Virus record (IMG/VR): IMGVR_UViG_3300044970_001522
Location: 150,278-189,900 of that record
Direction: 5' to 3' (one strand)
DNA: 39,623 nt
Source of the DNA: a virus
Taxonomy: Duplodnaviria > Heunggongvirae > Uroviricota > Caudoviricetes
The notes beneath the pieces were generated by a model that had not been told where the DNA came from, did not search any database, and worked only from the letters and a program-made list of their open reading frames with translations. The translations under genes were made by a program, and so were the position numbers. Positions 36,915 to 39,623 of this stretch are shown one piece after another; the first letter of the stretch is position 1; every line of letters starts with the position of its first letter.

Positions 36915-37451
36915 ATGAACGTCCCCGGATTTACAACCGAGTCTTTAGCTGCAGTACAAGAAATGCTATACGGGGAGTCTCCGTGGGAACAGCAGTTTTT
37001 GACGGGCAAGACCACAGAGAAGCTTCCGAGAGAGAACAAAACTACGCACGCCCAAAGTTTACAAGGCATGGACATTGATAGTCGTCCGGGGAAACAAAAA
37101 GGAAGTGAGGGTAAGCAAAAAGAGCAAAGTTCAGAGTCAATCTTCCCTGTTTCTCTCCCGAAAGGAAACCCGCAGCAAGGCCCAAGATCGCGTAGCGATC
37201 TTAAAGGACTCGCAATGTTTGATGAGTTGGGGCAAAAGGGCAAGGAACTCTCGGCAAGCTATGAGGAAAACTGCCGTCCGAGGCCCCAGCCTCGAAGCAC
37301 AGAGCAACGCCAGGCCACCCAGCAAGCGCAGCAAGCGGCACAGCAGCAAGGCCAAACTTTCGACCAGCAGCCTCAGCAACAAGTACAAGACTTAGGTAGG
37401 CAAGGCGGCCAAGCTGAAAGGAAGCCAACATTGCCGGTTTGCAACGAATAA
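36915..37451 (+). CDS. Gln-rich, likely disordered hypothetical protein
   Basis: 178 aa. N-terminal GFTTESLAAVQEMLYGE. The frame is open upstream to 36834. Confidence 0.6.
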   Translation: MNVPGFTTESLAAVQEMLYGESPWEQQFLTGKTTEKLPRENKTTHAQSLQGMDIDSRPGKQKGSEGKQKEQSSESIFPVSLPKGNPQQGPRSRSDLKGLAMFDELGQKGKELSASYEENCRPRPQPRSTEQRQATQQAQQAAQQQGQTFDQQPQQQVQDLGRQGGQAERKPTLPVCNE

Positions 37452-37468
37452 CTTCACCTATTACAAAC

Positions 37469-38849
37469 ATGGCACACGGTTCTTTTTCTTTTGAAGCTCT
37501 CCAAGCGTACGAAGCTCTCGTCGCCGAGACGCACCCTTTGAACTTCTCCGAGGGGGAAACGTACGACTTTACACGTTGTGTGAGGAAGGACGGTACTATA
37601 TACGGTAGCCGAGGAAAGTGTAAGCAGGGTACAGAAATTGGGGCGAAAGAGGAGAGTCAAGTAAAAGGAAAGCGTGGCCCTAAGGCAGGGGGAATGAGGC
37701 TCACCGAAAAAATAAAAGGGTTGGGAGCTGAAGACCTTAAGAAGGTTCTCCAGGACCCTCGCGTAACCCCAAAGCAAAGGGCAGTTTTAGAAGGTTTGCT
37801 CAAGAGCAAAGGGGGAGTGAAAGCTCCTGAGGGCCAGATGTCCAAGAAGGGTAGCGGGCCAGATAGGAAAACCAGCAGGGAAGAGCTGAGGAAAGCAGTC
37901 TCAGAAAACAACCCTAAGGTGCAGGATGAATACGATTGGGTTGGGTCAGGCCCCAAAGCAGTGGCGGAAATAAAAAGAAGTTACAGGATGATGCAAACCC
38001 TGGTCAAGTCGCCGGAGTTGGACACGGTTGCAAATAAGGCTCGATTGATTAATCTTCGACTGTTGATTTATCAGAAGGAAAGAGAGCTGAAGGAAAGGAA
38101 GAAGCCAGGCAGAGACCCGAAGACGTACGAAGCGGATCTAAAGAATTCCCCTAAGTATGACAAGACTCCGGGAAGTAGCTCCCCGATTCCTAAACGAGTC
38201 CCGAAAGATTCCGGTGAAACAGAATTACCGTGGTCGCCAAGTTTAAAGTCCCTTTACGAGAAGCAGGGATTCAACGCCAAGCCCGAACTTGTTGCAACGG
38301 TTGACGATTTACGAAAACGAAAGGACATTGTAACAAACTCGGACGGGTCACCTCTAATCTTCTATCGTGGTGTTGGGGACGAGAAATTCGCGGATCAATT
38401 TAAGGGGTTGGGGAGCGAGGGGGGTAGTCACTACCCTGGTAAAGGAATATTCGGCAATGGGTCCTACGCCGCAGCACCTTCCTACCACGACCCGAGCGAA
38501 GCGTCTACCCGTAAAGCCATTAAGACAGCAAAAGAGTATGCAGGGGATAGGAATAATCTTTCTTCAAAAGTTACGGCTTTTGCACTTAGAAAAGACGCAA
38601 ATATAGTACAATTCAGTGGTAAAACAGCGCAAGAGGGAATGGAACAGCTCATGGGGTGGAGGGAAATAACCCTGAACGAAGCTCAGAATAAGACCGGGTA
38701 CCGCTTCAAGGACTTGGGGGGAAGCTGCAGCGGCAGTGGGAATCCACGCCTTCACTTTCCCCTCACTTGGGAAAGACTATTTGGTTCTCCTTAACCGTGG
38801 AGCAATCATTGCCGCCATGGACTCACAAATCCCCGACGAAAACGAATGA
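37469..38849 (+). CDS. Leader-domain protein with an ADP-ribosyltransferase-like C-terminal domain; frameshifted at a G6 run (38716-38721)
   Basis: Leader as in 34050 and 36263; FYRGV and GKGIFGNGSY motifs. Removing one G gives DLGEAAAAVGIHAF...YLVLLNRGAII...ENE*, whose stop overlaps the next ATG (ATGA). As sequenced, the ORF ends at 38794. Confidence 0.7.
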
Positions 38850-39010
38850 ACATCAACGACCCCACAATCAGCCGCATTCTCGCTGTTCTTATTCAACCGG
38901 TCCTTTTCGAGGATAGGCGCAAGTTCATCGAAGATGCCGAGAAAGCAACCAACATGGACTCCTTCATCAGGGGCATTAACAGGTACAAGACGGATACTAC
39001 TGAGACATAG
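38846..39010 (+). CDS. Small (54 aa) protein coupled to the ART-like gene; candidate immunity protein
   Basis: Translated by hand as MNINDPTISRILAVLIQPVLFEDRRKFIEDAEKATNMDSFIRGINRYKTDTTET. Not in the ORF track. Confidence 0.6.
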   Translation: MNINDPTISRILAVLIQPVLFEDRRKFIEDAEKATNMDSFIRGINRYKTDTTET

Positions 39011-39060
39011 GCCGGGGGAACCTTTCCTTGTGCTCTCAGGGACTCCTCTTACGGGGCCGA

Positions 39061-39096
39061 GGGTAAAACCTTAGTAACCAAGTAACTAAGTAACCA
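39061..39096 (+). promoter_or_regulatory. GGGTAAAA motif followed by a 3x 8-bp tandem repeat
   Basis: GGGTAAAA at 39061, then AGTAACCA-AGTAACTA-AGTAACCA at 39073-39096. Confidence 0.55.
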
Positions 39097-39103
39097 GGGA
39101 ACA

Positions 39104-39623
39104 ATGCCACAATTCACACCGGAAAAGTTTCTCGATTTCGTTCGACACCGTAGAAGCGATAACCCCAACCAAGAAGCTGCTTTCCTCGACTTTGCTAAGC
39201 AAGTTTTTGCGAAGCAACCCGAGCTGCTCACCGACGAAGCAAAATGGGTGCGAAAATACCGCACGCCCTACACTCCGCCCACACAACCTGTAACCGCCCG
39301 TATCAATACCATTTTTAAAAATCATCCAGTCGGTTCCCAAGATCTGGAACCCTCTGAAAAGACTTTGGTCCAGGCGGGCACCCGGATGTTGGTCAGCGCT
39401 ATCACCCCCGACCGTTTTCAACACGTCAAGCTCCAGCTTGTCACCCCCATCCTGGCTAGCGATGGCAAAACCAAACTGGATACGGTGTATGCCTATCAGC
39501 CCCATGTCGAGCTTGAGGGTCAGCCGCAGGCGATCAAGCTTCCTGTCAAATATCGTGGCCAAACGGATAACGACTGGCATCCCACCTTTGGCAATGGATA
39601 CCGCCAGTGCAATCTTACCTCTT
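39104..39623 (+). CDS. Putative endolysin with a peptidase C39-like domain, 3'-truncated by the window edge
   Basis: Open from ATG 39104 to the window end: MPQFTPEKFLDF...TIFKNHPVGSQDL...LPVKYRGQTDN...GYRQCNLTS. The last motif matches the start of C39-like peptidases, including the catalytic Cys. Confidence 0.7.
   Translation, partial: MPQFTPEKFLDFVRHRRSDNPNQEAAFLDFAKQVFAKQPELLTDEAKWVRKYRTPYTPPTQPVTARINTIFKNHPVGSQDLEPSEKTLVQAGTRMLVSAITPDRFQHVKLQLVTPILASDGKTKLDTVYAYQPHVELEGQPQAIKLPVKYRGQTDNDWHPTFGNGYRQCNLTS

Noticed and set aside
39086-39580. 164-aa minus-strand ORF from the track
   Set aside because: It is antisense to a + strand ORF (39104 to the end) that has a promoter motif and a recognisable C39-like motif.
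1-39623. tRNA, rRNA, integrase or transposase genes
   Set aside because: Intergenic gaps are short and none showed a cloverleaf or T-loop signature by eye, and no recombinase motifs were seen. A tRNAscan-SE/Infernal run would be needed to exclude small RNAs formally.

Overview
This window is a gene-dense, almost entirely + strand segment of a large tailed cyanophage, probably contractile-tailed and infecting Synechococcus/Cyanobium-like hosts. The host inference rests on hli, two nblA-like genes, cyanophage-style tail fibres and a cyanobacterial-type C39 lysin. Layout: (i) 1-10 kb tail fibre and adhesin genes; (ii) 10-15 kb nucleases and thyX; (iii) 15-22 kb tail/baseplate genes and a tape measure protein with a peptidase domain; (iv) 22-34 kb replication, nucleotide metabolism and host-takeover genes (SF3 helicase, MazG, dCMP deaminase, nblA, two sigma factors, thioredoxin, speD, hli, DenV-like protein, nrdB, nrdA fused to glutaredoxin); (v) 34-39 kb a polymorphic cluster; (vi) a truncated C39-type lysin. 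The best candidate for an undescribed system is the 34-39 kb cluster. Three proteins share a ~55-aa N-terminal leader (GSFSxEALxAY...FSEGExYD[FY]TRCVxxDGxxYGxxGxCxxG) fused to unrelated C-termini: a protein kinase, an unknown domain and an ADP-ribosyltransferase-like domain. Each enzyme gene is followed by a translationally coupled 54-57 aa ORF absent from the supplied ORF track, which resembles an effector/immunity arrangement. Also visible are two promoter classes (GGGTAAAR-N5-TA and GTTTAC-N16-TAnAnT), a shared C-terminal xLDF motif on three DNA-handling proteins, and an exact 41-bp repeat between two diverged tail fibre paralogs. All functional calls come from motif recognition by eye; no database search was run.
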